A stretch of 64,000 bases of DNA, from the NCBI GenBank assembly GCA_018652595.1, contig JABIBU010000027.1:4416-68415 (forward strand), written 5' to 3'. Below are positions 30,007-40,015 of the stretch, piece by piece; position 1 is the first letter of the stretch; every line of letters starts with the position of its first letter. The notes under the pieces were generated by a model, which did no database searches, was not told the DNA's origin, and saw only the letters and a list, made by a program, of their open reading frames with translations. The DNA comes from Candidatus Magasanikiibacteriota bacterium. GTDB lineage: Bacteria > Patescibacteriota > Patescibacteriia > Magasanikbacterales > UBA922. A program made the translations under genes and the position numbers.

Positions 30007-31029
30007 TTAATCCCAAAGCAACCCATCATCCCCGTGATGAATGCTCCAAGAAAAATACATTTCATAATATCCCGGAACGGGTTTGTTGTTTAATTTTGCA
30101 AAAACTTCTCCATCAATCTTCTCTACTTCTAGGTTATCACTATTTATTTTTTTGGTTAACTTCTTGCCTTCTTCTACATTTTTATTTGCCACAGCAACAG
30201 ACTTATCTCCTACTGGGATTACAAACATAATTTCTTTTGGTGGAAATTTATCATCAAAATCAGAGGTTGGGAAATAAATATCATCGTTATCGTCATAGCC
30301 TCCATAAGGATAGAAAGAATAATTTCGTAGATGACCAGTCTTTTTGCTTAGAACTTTTGCATTTGGATATTTTTCTTTTACAGTAGAGAAAGGAATCAAT
30401 TGCATTGGTAAAATTTCCAACTTTGTCTCAGTATAATACCCTACCACAGCCTCTCCTCGAGCCTGTGACCATAGACTTTCAGTCTTTTTGTCATACATGA
30501 GTAGATTTGATTCGAACAGTCTTCCACTAACACCAAATTCTAAAATAGCACCATCAATATTCCTATTATACACAATCCCCGAGCCACACAATGGGCAAAA
30601 AGTCGCTGTAAAATAATTATCTCCTATATTGTCATTTACAATTTCATGCCAAACAAGAATATTATATGGATAATAGCGAACTTCACCATCAAAACTAACC
30701 AAAATACCCAAAGATTCTTCTGGAAAGTCTGCTGACGCAATATTAGTAAATTTTGGATTGGTGAGTGCAGGTATTCCATCTTTCCCCGGGCCTCCAGACA
30801 AGATTTGATTAGTGTCTATTATGGTTTTGTTAAAATCTGTTTTCAAATCAGACAACCTTATATCTGGATCCATATTCTCTAGTTTCTTGGGATTTCCTTC
30901 CTCATCCATAAAACTACTAATCATATTATTTATAGATTGCTGTTTTGTATTTTTAAGATTGACGTAGACCACTCCAGCTATAATTAATAAAATAATTATT
31001 ATAGCCAGTAAAATAATATTTTTTTTCAT
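30007..31029 (-). CDS. DUF3179 family membrane-anchored protein
   Basis: SGGPGKDGIPAL, YP..IL.WHEIVND, TFCPLCGSG, FGVSG.L..SNL.MYD..TESLWSQ. Confidence 0.88.
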   Translation of the reverse strand: MKKNIILLAIIIILLIIAGVVYVNLKNTKQQSINNMISSFMDEEGNPKKLENMDPDIRLSDLKTDFNKTIIDTNQILSGGPGKDGIPALTNPKFTNIASADFPEESLGILVSFDGEVRYYPYNILVWHEIVNDNIGDNYFTATFCPLCGSGIVYNRNIDGAILEFGVSGRLFESNLLMYDKKTESLWSQARGEAVVGYYTETKLEILPMQLIPFSTVKEKYPNAKVLSKKTGHLRNYSFYPYGGYDDNDDIYFPTSDFDDKFPPKEIMFVIPVGDKSVAVANKNVEEGKKLTKKINSDNLEVEKIDGEVFAKLNNKPVPGYYEMYFSWSIHHGDDGLLWD

Positions 31030-31137
31030 ATGTAATTAGTATAACATAAAATGATTATTCGATAAACTTGACTTGACAAAAACTGCTAAATATGGTGTTA
31101 TATAAGTAATGAAACAACTGAAACCCGGGAGGGTAAT

Positions 31138-31884
31138 ATGAAAGGCGCTCTTTACGTTCTGTGTCTGTGCTGGTTCCTTCTGGGTTGTACTGAGAATGAT
31201 CTGGTGACAGACCCTGAAGAGATTGGTGTCGCCACGGACGCCACCCCGGAAGAAAAAGATGTCGTGGAGTCCACCGACCTGAAAGAGACGGACATCGAAG
31301 GCGACGCCTACACAGGCGAGGTTGTGCCCATCTCATACCCCACCTGCGGGGATTGCGACGATGAGAACGCCTGCACTGTGGGATGGTGTTCTGACCCCAA
31401 GCAGAACCTGTGTTCATACGAACCAGTCTACTGCGACGATGAGAACGAAGAGACCGATGACTGGTGCCATCAGATTGATGGGTGCATCTACTGGTCGCAG
31501 ACCTGTGTCCAGGATGTCCACTACGAGCTCTGGACTGACATGGTCTCGGGACCCAAGATCAAGGACACAATCTTGGATGTGAGCCTGGGGTGCTGTAACA
31601 GTGACCTGGATTGCAAGGGCTCACCTTGGGGCGAATACTGCGTCGAGTGGAAACCGCCTATGGTGGGGTTTGGTCTCAAACCCGAAGAAGACGATAACCA
31701 GTACGCATGGCTCTGTCACGAATGCGAGGACAACTGCGACTGTCCTTTCGGGCAGGAGTGTGTACTCGCAATGCAAAATCTCCTCACCCAAGAGGAGCTG
31801 GATTGCTACCACGAGGAGCTCGAACAAGACTTCCTCGGAGCACCACGACGGCCTGTCTTGCGCTGTCAGGATCCAGGAGGATAG
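31138..31884 (+). CDS. GC-rich orphan Cys-rich acidic lipoprotein
   Basis: Lipobox FLLGC, SD GGGAGG, CDDENACTVGWC / CDDENEETDDWC repeats, CCNSDLDC. Confidence 0.75.
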   Translation: MKGALYVLCLCWFLLGCTENDLVTDPEEIGVATDATPEEKDVVESTDLKETDIEGDAYTGEVVPISYPTCGDCDDENACTVGWCSDPKQNLCSYEPVYCDDENEETDDWCHQIDGCIYWSQTCVQDVHYELWTDMVSGPKIKDTILDVSLGCCNSDLDCKGSPWGEYCVEWKPPMVGFGLKPEEDDNQYAWLCHECEDNCDCPFGQECVLAMQNLLTQEELDCYHEELEQDFLGAPRRPVLRCQDPGG

Positions 31885-31972
31885 ACATCGATCCTTCTAA
31901 AACATATTGGGCCACCCCCGTCGGGGGTGGTTGGAGAAGAACGTGGGCGAACAACACTGTTCGTCCACCACA

Positions 31973-32000
31973 CAAAAAACACCTATGAAGGTGTTTTTTG
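31973..32000. terminator. Bidirectional terminator
   Basis: CAAAAAACACCT-ATGA-AGGTGTTTTTTG. Confidence 0.8.
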
Positions 32001-33212
32001 TTACTTAATTTTTCTTTTACTTCTATTAAATACTATTGCAAATCGATGAGCTTCGTCTCGGACCTGAATCAAGAGTTTTTGATTTGCCTTAACCCATTTA
32101 TCAGATTTTATACTTCGTGCAAATATAAATTCATTTTTCTTTCTATCTGACCCCTTGGCAATTCCGACTACTGGAATTTTTAGTAAATTTTGTTTGAGAA
32201 TTGCCTTTGTTTTATTAACTTGTGGTTTGCCACCGTCTACCAATATAACGTCCGGATACGGCCATTCTGGATGCTTTAGACGCCTTTCCAGTACCTCTGC
32301 GAGACAGTCTACATCACTTTGTCCTATTACTTTTTTAATATTGAATTTTCGATAGTCTTGTTTTTTAGAGTGGCCATTTTCAAACACTACCATTGAGCCG
32401 ACTTTATGAACGGAACCCAAATTTGATATGTCGTAACCCTCTATGCGAATTGTTGATCCTTGTTTTTTGATCTCTGTTTTAACAAAAGATTTATTGAGTA
32501 GAGCAATGTCTTGTATTTTATTTAAGTTTTTTATTTGGTTCCTAAGACGAGCTGCTTCTTCGAAGTTTTCTTGTTTAGAGACTAGTTTCATTTTCTTTTC
32601 CAGGTCTTTTATAAGACTTTTTTTATTTCCACGGAGAAATTTTGTAAGGGGAGCTATTACTCGCTTTTTATATTCAGTCGAGCTTATTTCACCATTACAA
32701 ACACCCAGACACTGTCCAAGTTGGTGATAAAAACATGGTTTGGTATTTTTTTCACTACAGGTAGAAATATAAAATAACTTTTGAAGTAATCTCATCATTT
32801 CTTTTACTTTTAGCCCTGGATATGGACCAAACATAAGCTTGGCATGCTTATTACTGTCGGCTTCGTGCTGTCTTATAGTCAAAACTCGTGGAAATTTCTC
32901 ATCAGTTATCACTATATAATTCCAAGACTTGTCATCTTTCCAATCTATATTATATTTTGGTCTATATTTCTTTATGTAATTTCCTTCTAAAATAATTGCT
33001 TCTAGTGTTGAATCAGTTTGAATAGTTTTTATATTTTTTACTTGATCGATCATTTGCTCTATTGGACGTGAGGTTCGCTTGCCAGAAAAATATGATCTCA
33101 CTCTACTTTTCAAATTTGTAGCTTTTCCAACATAAATCAACTCTTTTTTTGAATTATAAAAGAGGTATATTCCTGATGTGGTTGGTAAAGTTTTAAGATT
33201 TTTTTTGGTCAT
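32001..33212 (-). CDS. uvrC: Excinuclease ABC subunit C (short, lacks C-terminal HhH)
   Basis: GIY-YIG (GIYLF..IYVGKA.NL..RV.SYF), FEEAARLRNQI, RIEGYDISN, ILVDGG, RDEAHRFA. Confidence 0.9.
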   Translation of the reverse strand: MTKKNLKTLPTTSGIYLFYNSKKELIYVGKATNLKSRVRSYFSGKRTSRPIEQMIDQVKNIKTIQTDSTLEAIILEGNYIKKYRPKYNIDWKDDKSWNYIVITDEKFPRVLTIRQHEADSNKHAKLMFGPYPGLKVKEMMRLLQKLFYISTCSEKNTKPCFYHQLGQCLGVCNGEISSTEYKKRVIAPLTKFLRGNKKSLIKDLEKKMKLVSKQENFEEAARLRNQIKNLNKIQDIALLNKSFVKTEIKKQGSTIRIEGYDISNLGSVHKVGSMVVFENGHSKKQDYRKFNIKKVIGQSDVDCLAEVLERRLKHPEWPYPDVILVDGGKPQVNKTKAILKQNLLKIPVVGIAKGSDRKKNEFIFARSIKSDKWVKANQKLLIQVRDEAHRFAIVFNRSKRKIK

Positions 33213-35717
33213 CTATTTTAAATGTTTCTTCAAATACTTCCCAGTAAAACTACCGGCTTTTCTCGCCACTTCTTCTGGTGTTCCAATTGCAACGACTTCC
33301 CCACCCTTGTCACCACCCTCTGGACCTAGATCTACTATCCAGTCAGCACATTTTATTACATCTAGATTGTGCTCAATTATCATAACAGTATTTCCTTTTG
33401 AAACCAAATCTTGTAACACGCTGATTAGTTTTTTTACATCTTCATAGTGCAGGCCAGTTGTTGGCTCGTCTAGTAAATATAGTGTCTTAGTAGTATTACG
33501 TTTAGCAAGTTCTTTGGATAGTTTTGTTCTCTGAGCCTCCCCACCAGAAAGTGTCTTGGCAGATTGACCAAGCGTAAGATAACCAAGACCGACTCGATCA
33601 AGCATTTTTAATTTGTCAGCCACATTTGGAATGTCAGTAAAAAATTCAGAGGCCTGTGTAATTGTCATGTCTAGAACATCGGCAATATTTTTTCCATCAT
33701 AGTGAATTGCGAGTGTCTCCTGATTAAATCTTTTTCCCTTGCAGACATCACAAACAATCTGCACATCTGGAAGAAAGTGCATCTCAATATTAAGAACTCC
33801 TTTTCCTTCGCAGTTTTCACATCTTCCACCTGGACGATTGAAACTAAAACGACCAACTTTGAAAGCTTTCATTCTTGCCTCAGCTGTCGCAGCAAATAAT
33901 TCTCTGATTGGTCCCCAAGTACCTGTATAAGTTGCGGGGTTTGATCTAGGACTTCTACCAATAGCGCGCTGATCAATACGAATAATTTTATCAATATAAT
34001 CTGTTCCGGTAATACTAGCATGTTTGCCAACATGTTTTTTTGTATGGTTTAGACGATTTGAGACAGTTCTATACAAAATCTTATTCATGAGAGTCGACTT
34101 TCCACTTCCAGAGACACCAGTAAGACAGACAAAGCGACGTAAAGGAATTTCTACATTAATATCTTTCAAGTTATGTTCGCTGGCTTTTTTGATTTTTATT
34201 TTTGGTGAATACTTATCAACTTTGCGACGTTTTTCTGGTAGATCAATTTTTAATTCACGACGTAAGTATTTTCCAGTTAGAGATTTCTTTGCTTGAGTAC
34301 TTTTTGCTTCTAATAATTCTTGTCTTTCACCACTAAAAGTTATCTTTCCGCCATGCTCCCCCGCTCCTGGACCAATATCCACTACCCAATCACTCGCCAT
34401 AATAGTATCTTCGTCATGCTCTACTACAATAATAGTATTCCCAGCATCACAAAGATTGCGCAAAGTGGAAACTAGCTGATCATTATCTTTTTGATGTAAG
34501 CCTATTGTTGGCTCATCTAGTACATAGAGTGCACCAACAAGCTTTTGGCCGACTTGTGAGGCAAGACGAATACGTTGAGCCTCTCCACCAGAAAGTGTTC
34601 CAGCTTTTCTATTTATTGTAATATAGTGCAATCCCACATCCATTAGAAATGATAAACGATTTTCAATTTCCTTCAAGGCTGGCCCAGAAATTTCTTTTTC
34701 AGTATCACTAAGTTTTTCATCTAGCTGCAAAAAGAAATACAAGGCATCACCAATAGTGAGATCTGTTACTTCCCAAATATTTTTTCCGCCTATTTTTACA
34801 CTTAGAGAATTTTTATTTAGCCTCTTACCATCACACTTGGGGCAATCATCTTCGGAAAACAAAGTCTTGGTTCCAAGCCCAGTACAATAATCACAATAGC
34901 CGTAAGGGCTGTTGAAACTAAACAAGCGCGGTTCAATCTCAGGAAAACTAAAACCGTCCTTTGGACAAGAGTATTCTGTACTATAAATATTTTCAGTTTT
35001 GTCAGCATAAATCACAGTACAAAGACCATCACTCAAATCTACGGCAGTCTCTATTGCTTCACTCAGACGATCTTTTTCTGTTCCATCAATACGATCTACA
35101 ACAACTTCAATCGTATGCTTTTTATTTTTGCTAAGCGTAATTCTATTTTTTAATGACTTAATCTTTCCGTCAACTCTAACTTCCAAAAAGCCTGAGTTAT
35201 ATAAATCATAAAGCATCTGATAGTACTCCCCTTTTCTACCACGCACGACTGGAGACAGAATAATCAATTCTCCCTTTTTCTTGCCTGCATGTTTTCTAAT
35301 TTGCTCAAACATTTCATCAATCGTCATTTTTTCAATCTTTGTCTCACAAAGTGGACAGTATGGTTGTCCTATACGAGCATACAAAACGCGCAGATAATCA
35401 TAAACCTCTGTGATAGTTGCTACGGTTGACCTTGGATTGGCTGTATGGGCCTTTTGATCGATAGAAATTGCTGGACTCAAGCCTTCAATTTCATCTACAT
35501 CAGGTTTTTGCATGCCACCAAGGAACTGTCTGGCATAAGCTGAGAGTGATTCTACATATCTGCGCTGTCCTTCTGCAAAGATTGTATCAAATGCCAAAGA
35601 AGACTTACCCGACCCAGACAGTCCTGTAAACACTATCATTTTATTTCGTGGTAACTCAAGATCAACATTTTTCAAATTATGTTCTCGTGCACCTTTGATT
35701 TTAATTTTATCTTGCAT
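33213..35717 (-). CDS. uvrA: Excinuclease ABC subunit A
   Basis: GAREHNLKN, GLSGSGKSSLAFDT, two LSGGEAQR motifs, Zn fingers. Confidence 0.97.
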   Translation of the reverse strand: MQDKIKIKGAREHNLKNVDLELPRNKMIVFTGLSGSGKSSLAFDTIFAEGQRRYVESLSAYARQFLGGMQKPDVDEIEGLSPAISIDQKAHTANPRSTVATITEVYDYLRVLYARIGQPYCPLCETKIEKMTIDEMFEQIRKHAGKKKGELIILSPVVRGRKGEYYQMLYDLYNSGFLEVRVDGKIKSLKNRITLSKNKKHTIEVVVDRIDGTEKDRLSEAIETAVDLSDGLCTVIYADKTENIYSTEYSCPKDGFSFPEIEPRLFSFNSPYGYCDYCTGLGTKTLFSEDDCPKCDGKRLNKNSLSVKIGGKNIWEVTDLTIGDALYFFLQLDEKLSDTEKEISGPALKEIENRLSFLMDVGLHYITINRKAGTLSGGEAQRIRLASQVGQKLVGALYVLDEPTIGLHQKDNDQLVSTLRNLCDAGNTIIVVEHDEDTIMASDWVVDIGPGAGEHGGKITFSGERQELLEAKSTQAKKSLTGKYLRRELKIDLPEKRRKVDKYSPKIKIKKASEHNLKDINVEIPLRRFVCLTGVSGSGKSTLMNKILYRTVSNRLNHTKKHVGKHASITGTDYIDKIIRIDQRAIGRSPRSNPATYTGTWGPIRELFAATAEARMKAFKVGRFSFNRPGGRCENCEGKGVLNIEMHFLPDVQIVCDVCKGKRFNQETLAIHYDGKNIADVLDMTITQASEFFTDIPNVADKLKMLDRVGLGYLTLGQSAKTLSGGEAQRTKLSKELAKRNTTKTLYLLDEPTTGLHYEDVKKLISVLQDLVSKGNTVMIIEHNLDVIKCADWIVDLGPEGGDKGGEVVAIGTPEEVARKAGSFTGKYLKKHLK

Positions 35718-35723
35718 ATTATA

Positions 35724-35840
35724 AAATGCTTGAAATGCTGGAAAAGCTTAGAATGCCCGAAAGGCAACTTTTCTAGTATTTTTACTGTTAAATAACTTAA
35801 TATTTTTCAAGCCTTTCCGGCTTTTTAGGCCTTTCAAGCC
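35724..35840. repeat. Family B 9-nt periodic palindromic repeat
   Basis: AATGCTTGA AATGCTGGA AAAGCTTAG AATGCCCGA ... TTTCAAGCC TTTCCGGCT TTTTAGGCC TTTCAAGCC. Confidence 0.75.
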
Positions 35841-37867
35841 CTCTTGTTCTTTTTTAATTCACGAACTTCATCACGCAAAATAGCTGCAAGTTCAAATTCC
35901 AATGCTTTTGCAGCTTCACGCATTTGTTTTTCTTTATCTTTTATAATTTCTGCACGCGGACGTTTATCTCCCATTAAATCCAATTCTAGTAAACGTTTTC
36001 TATTTTTTGTCGTAGTGCCTTTGGTTGTTTTCATATTACCAGCAGAGATACCAAACTCGTCTAGGATATTTTTGATATTTTTTTGAATTGTTTTTGGTGT
36101 AATACCATGTTTTTTATTATAAGCCAATTGCTTTTTTCTTCTACGTGCTGTCTCACCTACTGCCCTATTAATTGAACCTGTCATATTGTCGGCATACAGA
36201 ATTACCTGACCATTTACATTACGAGCTGCACGACCAATAGTTTGTATTAAACTTCGCTCACTACGAAGAAATCCCTCTTTATCAGCATCTAGTATCGCAA
36301 CTAGTGATACTTCTGGGATATCTAACCCCTCACGAAGCAAGTTTACACCAATTATAACATCTATTTTATTGGATCTAAGATCATTTATAATCTGGATACG
36401 TTGAATAGTCTTCACATCACTGTGCAAATACTCCACTCTTATTTTTCGTTCCTTTAGATAGTCTGTTAAGTCCTCAGCCATCTTTTTTGTAAGTGTTGTA
36501 ACTAGGGTTTTTTCATTTTTTTCTATCCTATCTTCTATCCTCTCCATCACATCTTCTATCTGACTTTTGCTTCCTTCATTACCTGTAATCGGCTTAATTA
36601 TTACTTCTGGATCAACTAGTCCAGTTGGTCTTACGATCTGCTCGACAATTTGTTTACTATTTTCCATTTCATAATCTGCTGGTGTAGCAGTCGTAAAGAT
36701 TACTTGATTTACCCGATCTTCAAATTCAGCAAATTTCAAAGGTCTGTTGTCGCGCGCACTTGGCAAACGAAAACCATGCTCAATCAAAGTATCTTTTCTG
36801 GATCTGTCCCCTGCATACATACCTCTAATTTGTGGAACTGTGACGTGCGATTCATCAATAATAGTAAGAAAATCCCCAATTCCGTATTTGAAATAATCAA
36901 GTAGAGTAAAGGCAGCTTCACCTGGCTCACGATCATCAAAATATCGTGAATAATTTTCAATTCCATTACAATATCCAACGTTTCTAATCATTTCCAAATC
37001 ATATCTGGTCTTACGTTTTAGCCTTTCGTATTCCAAAACTTTTCCATTCTTTTCAAAATATTCTAATCGTTGTTTTAAATCATTTTTTATCTGAGCAAAA
37101 GCCTCGCTGCGAGCTTCGTCTCCCAAAACATAATGTTTGGCTGGGAAAAGCCACAGATCTTCTTGCTCACGCATTATTTTCCTAGTTACAGGATCAACCT
37201 GTTCAATAATGTTAATTTTCTCGTCTATTTCCATGCGATAAATCTTTTCTTCATTTACTGGCATTATTTCGAAGACTTGTCCGCGCATACGGAATGTACC
37301 ACGCTTTAGTTCAGCATTCGTGCGAGTGAACTGCATATCAATTAACTGTTTCATCATTCCCTTACGATCAAGATCTTGTCCAGCAGTAAAATGCAAAACT
37401 TCTTTTTCATACTCCTTTGGATTCCCAAGCGAGTAAATTGCAGAGACTGAGGCAACAATAATAACATCCTTTCGAGTTAGCAAAGCCTGGGTACAAGCGT
37501 GACGAAGGCGGTCAATCTCTTCATTTATCTGAGCTTCCTTTTCTATATAAGTATCACTCCCTGGCATATATGCTTCTGGCTGATAGTAATCATAGTATGA
37601 AACAAAATATTCTACAGCACTGTCTGGAAAAAATTCTCTAAACTCATTACACAGCTGGGCTGCCAAAGTTTTGTTATGAGCGATTACTAGTGTTGGTTTT
37701 TGTACTTGCTCAATTACATTTGCAACTGTAAAAGTCTTTCCTGAGCCAGTTACACCCAGCAGAGTTTGCTTTTTAATATCTTTTTTCAAACCTAAAACAA
37801 GCAACTTGATAGCACTAGGTTGATCTCCCGATGGTTTGTAATCTGATTTTAGTTTGAATTGAGTCAT
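35834..37867 (-). CDS. uvrB: Excinuclease ABC subunit B
   Basis: GDQP.AI, GVTGSGKT, YYDYYQPEAY, DESH, NLLREGLD; real start likely MTQFKL (37867). Confidence 0.97.
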   Translation of the reverse strand: MTQFKLKSDYKPSGDQPSAIKLLVLGLKKDIKKQTLLGVTGSGKTFTVANVIEQVQKPTLVIAHNKTLAAQLCNEFREFFPDSAVEYFVSYYDYYQPEAYMPGSDTYIEKEAQINEEIDRLRHACTQALLTRKDVIIVASVSAIYSLGNPKEYEKEVLHFTAGQDLDRKGMMKQLIDMQFTRTNAELKRGTFRMRGQVFEIMPVNEEKIYRMEIDEKINIIEQVDPVTRKIMREQEDLWLFPAKHYVLGDEARSEAFAQIKNDLKQRLEYFEKNGKVLEYERLKRKTRYDLEMIRNVGYCNGIENYSRYFDDREPGEAAFTLLDYFKYGIGDFLTIIDESHVTVPQIRGMYAGDRSRKDTLIEHGFRLPSARDNRPLKFAEFEDRVNQVIFTTATPADYEMENSKQIVEQIVRPTGLVDPEVIIKPITGNEGSKSQIEDVMERIEDRIEKNEKTLVTTLTKKMAEDLTDYLKERKIRVEYLHSDVKTIQRIQIINDLRSNKIDVIIGVNLLREGLDIPEVSLVAILDADKEGFLRSERSLIQTIGRAARNVNGQVILYADNMTGSINRAVGETARRRKKQLAYNKKHGITPKTIQKNIKNILDEFGISAGNMKTTKGTTTKNRKRLLELDLMGDKRPRAEIIKDKEKQMREAAKALEFELAAILRDEVRELKKNKRA

Positions 37868-37878
37868 AATTTTACGGT

Positions 37879-38010
37879 TGTCATTCCGACTGCAATGAAC
37901 ACTGGCGATAGCCAGAGAATGAAACGGAGGGATCCCTTTAGACACCTCGTTATATGTAAAACATTTTATGTGCTTCTGAAAGGGATTCCTCGGCTACGCT
38001 CGGAATGACA
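37879..38010. repeat. Family C REP/MITE-like element
   Basis: 11-bp terminal IR TGTCATTCCGA/TCGGAATGACA; inner GATCCCTTT/AAAGGGATT. Confidence 0.75.
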
Positions 38011-38262
38011 GTGTGTAAACCACAAAATGCCCCGGAAAGGGGTTTATATAGGGGATGCTGAAAGGATTAGTGTCTTAATTATACTAGATTAGTATGCTTT
38101 GGTCAAGGTGTTAATAACTTTCATTCTAAATATCTCAGATTTGTTTTTAAAATTTTACTTACTTTTATCATCTTCTTGCCCCGACAGATGTCGGGGTCAA
38201 TATGGGGATAAGTTTTTTGTACTAAAAAACAACCTTGAAATAGATTGTTTTTATTTAAAATT

Positions 38263-38964
38263 CTAAACTGCAATTTCTTCTATCTCTTGGTCCAACTCTT
38301 CTACCATCTCTTCCTCTATTTCGTCGACATATCTTTGAGCCTCTTTTTTTGGATCCTTAAATTTTGGATCTGAGCCTCCTGGAAGGCCTTCGATCTTATC
38401 AAGTTTTATGGCTTTTGGGATAACCTTCATAAAATCATCCCTCATTTGTTCGTAATTATCAAAATCCAACTCCTTTGCTTGCTTTAGATGGACACCAGCC
38501 AAAATAGGATCTACTAGATCAAAATTTACTTTAAGTTCTTTTTCTTTTACTCTCTTTTTGTCAAAATCTACATCAATTACATTTTTACCTTTTTTTATAT
38601 CATCACCATCCAGACCCAGAGCATTATAAAAAACTGTTTGTATTACCTCTTGCCTAGCCTCCTCCACATCACCTTCATTTGCTTTTTCATACATTGTCTT
38701 GTGTGGAACCGAGATTTCTGTAGGATTTTCGCCAAACTGCTTAAAATCTTCACCAAATTGTGGTGATACATTAAACTGAGTATCTGTAATTTTAACCTCA
38801 TTTCCTTTGGTTTTTTCTTTCTTCGCTTCTTCTAACAAAGCCTCTCTCTGTCCGGGCGCATAGATCATAGTTTCTTCCGCGCTAAAATCTTCCGGTCTTT
38901 CATCAGCGGGCTTACCAGATCTAGAAAAATCTCCAACATGTTGTCCGGTCATTCCTTCTCTCAT
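38263..38964 (-). CDS. Acidic hypothetical protein
   Basis: 233-aa ORF, D/E/K-rich, no recognised motif. Confidence 0.7.
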   Translation of the reverse strand: MREGMTGQHVGDFSRSGKPADERPEDFSAEETMIYAPGQREALLEEAKKEKTKGNEVKITDTQFNVSPQFGEDFKQFGENPTEISVPHKTMYEKANEGDVEEARQEVIQTVFYNALGLDGDDIKKGKNVIDVDFDKKRVKEKELKVNFDLVDPILAGVHLKQAKELDFDNYEQMRDDFMKVIPKAIKLDKIEGLPGGSDPKFKDPKKEAQRYVDEIEEEMVEELDQEIEEIAV

Positions 38965-38968
38965 ACTT

Positions 38969-40012
38969 TTAAAACTTAACTATTTTATCTAAAATCTCTT
39001 CTTTTACAATATCTTCAGACAAAGCAGGTTGTGAGTCATTATTTATCACAATTGGCAAAATATTGTATTCAACTTCTATATTATCCCCTTTTTCGAGAAA
39101 AATTGCAACATTTAAACCTTGCTGAGTATCTGTAGAAAAATATTGATCAAATATAAAATTTCCAAGGCTATAAAATATCATTTTACCATTATACTCTTCA
39201 ATCGGCTGAATCACATGGGGATGAGTGCCAATAATTACATCCGCACCAGAATCAATTATAGTGTGAGCTTTTGTTTTTACAGAATTATTTACTTTGTCTG
39301 TGATATATTCTGTACCCCAGTGTGGTATTACTACTAGATAATCAACCAAAGGACGTATTCTTTCTATTTCGAGTATAGTATCATCAAATCCTCCAACAAC
39401 TAAATCGTGATAACCTATCATTCCCACTCTTATATTATTTTTCTCAATAATAAAAGATAGGTTTTCTGGATCATTTTCTGGATCACCAAAATAGCTAATT
39501 CCTTGCTCACCCAAATAATCTCTAGTCTGTTTTAGTCCATTGTAACCAAAATTAAGAGTGTGGTTATTTGCTAAACTAAAGACATCAAAGTATTTTGCCA
39601 ACGGTTCAAGAAATTCTGGTGAAAAAGTAAAGAAAAATCTACTACCACCAGTTCCATTAGAAATTGATTTAAAATTTGTAATGGCACCCTCTAGATTTCC
39701 AATTCGCAAATCATAATCAAAAAAGTAGTCTAGATTTTGAAATGAATGATTATAATCTCCAGCTTCTAGTGTTTTCAAATAAACACTTCTGTCCAGCATT
39801 ATATCACCAGTAAAAAGTAAACTAAGCTGATCTTTTGGTAGAATTATTTCTTTTTGTTTTGGTGGTGTAATAATATCGCTCAGATTCATTTTTTGTAAGA
39901 TTGGCAAATCCTCTCCAATAACTAAATCTTTTTTTAGACTAAAATAAAAAAAAGCTGATAAGCCTATCAAAGCTGTAATAAATACAATAATTATTATCTT
40001 AAACCATTTCAT
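38969..40012 (-). CDS. CapA/PGA_cap family metallophosphoesterase
   Basis: GDIMLDR, GNLEG, SLANNH, HWGTEY, IGTHPHV, YSLGNFIFDQ. Confidence 0.92.
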   Translation of the reverse strand: MKWFKIIIIVFITALIGLSAFFYFSLKKDLVIGEDLPILQKMNLSDIITPPKQKEIILPKDQLSLLFTGDIMLDRSVYLKTLEAGDYNHSFQNLDYFFDYDLRIGNLEGAITNFKSISNGTGGSRFFFTFSPEFLEPLAKYFDVFSLANNHTLNFGYNGLKQTRDYLGEQGISYFGDPENDPENLSFIIEKNNIRVGMIGYHDLVVGGFDDTILEIERIRPLVDYLVVIPHWGTEYITDKVNNSVKTKAHTIIDSGADVIIGTHPHVIQPIEEYNGKMIFYSLGNFIFDQYFSTDTQQGLNVAIFLEKGDNIEVEYNILPIVINNDSQPALSEDIVKEEILDKIVKF

Positions 40013-40015
40013 ATT

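Noticed and set aside
37868-37945. N-terminal extension of UvrB in the ORF track (similar extensions for the helicase, thiI and rlmN)
   Set aside because: The uvrB extension is translated repeat DNA; family similarity starts at the downstream ATGs
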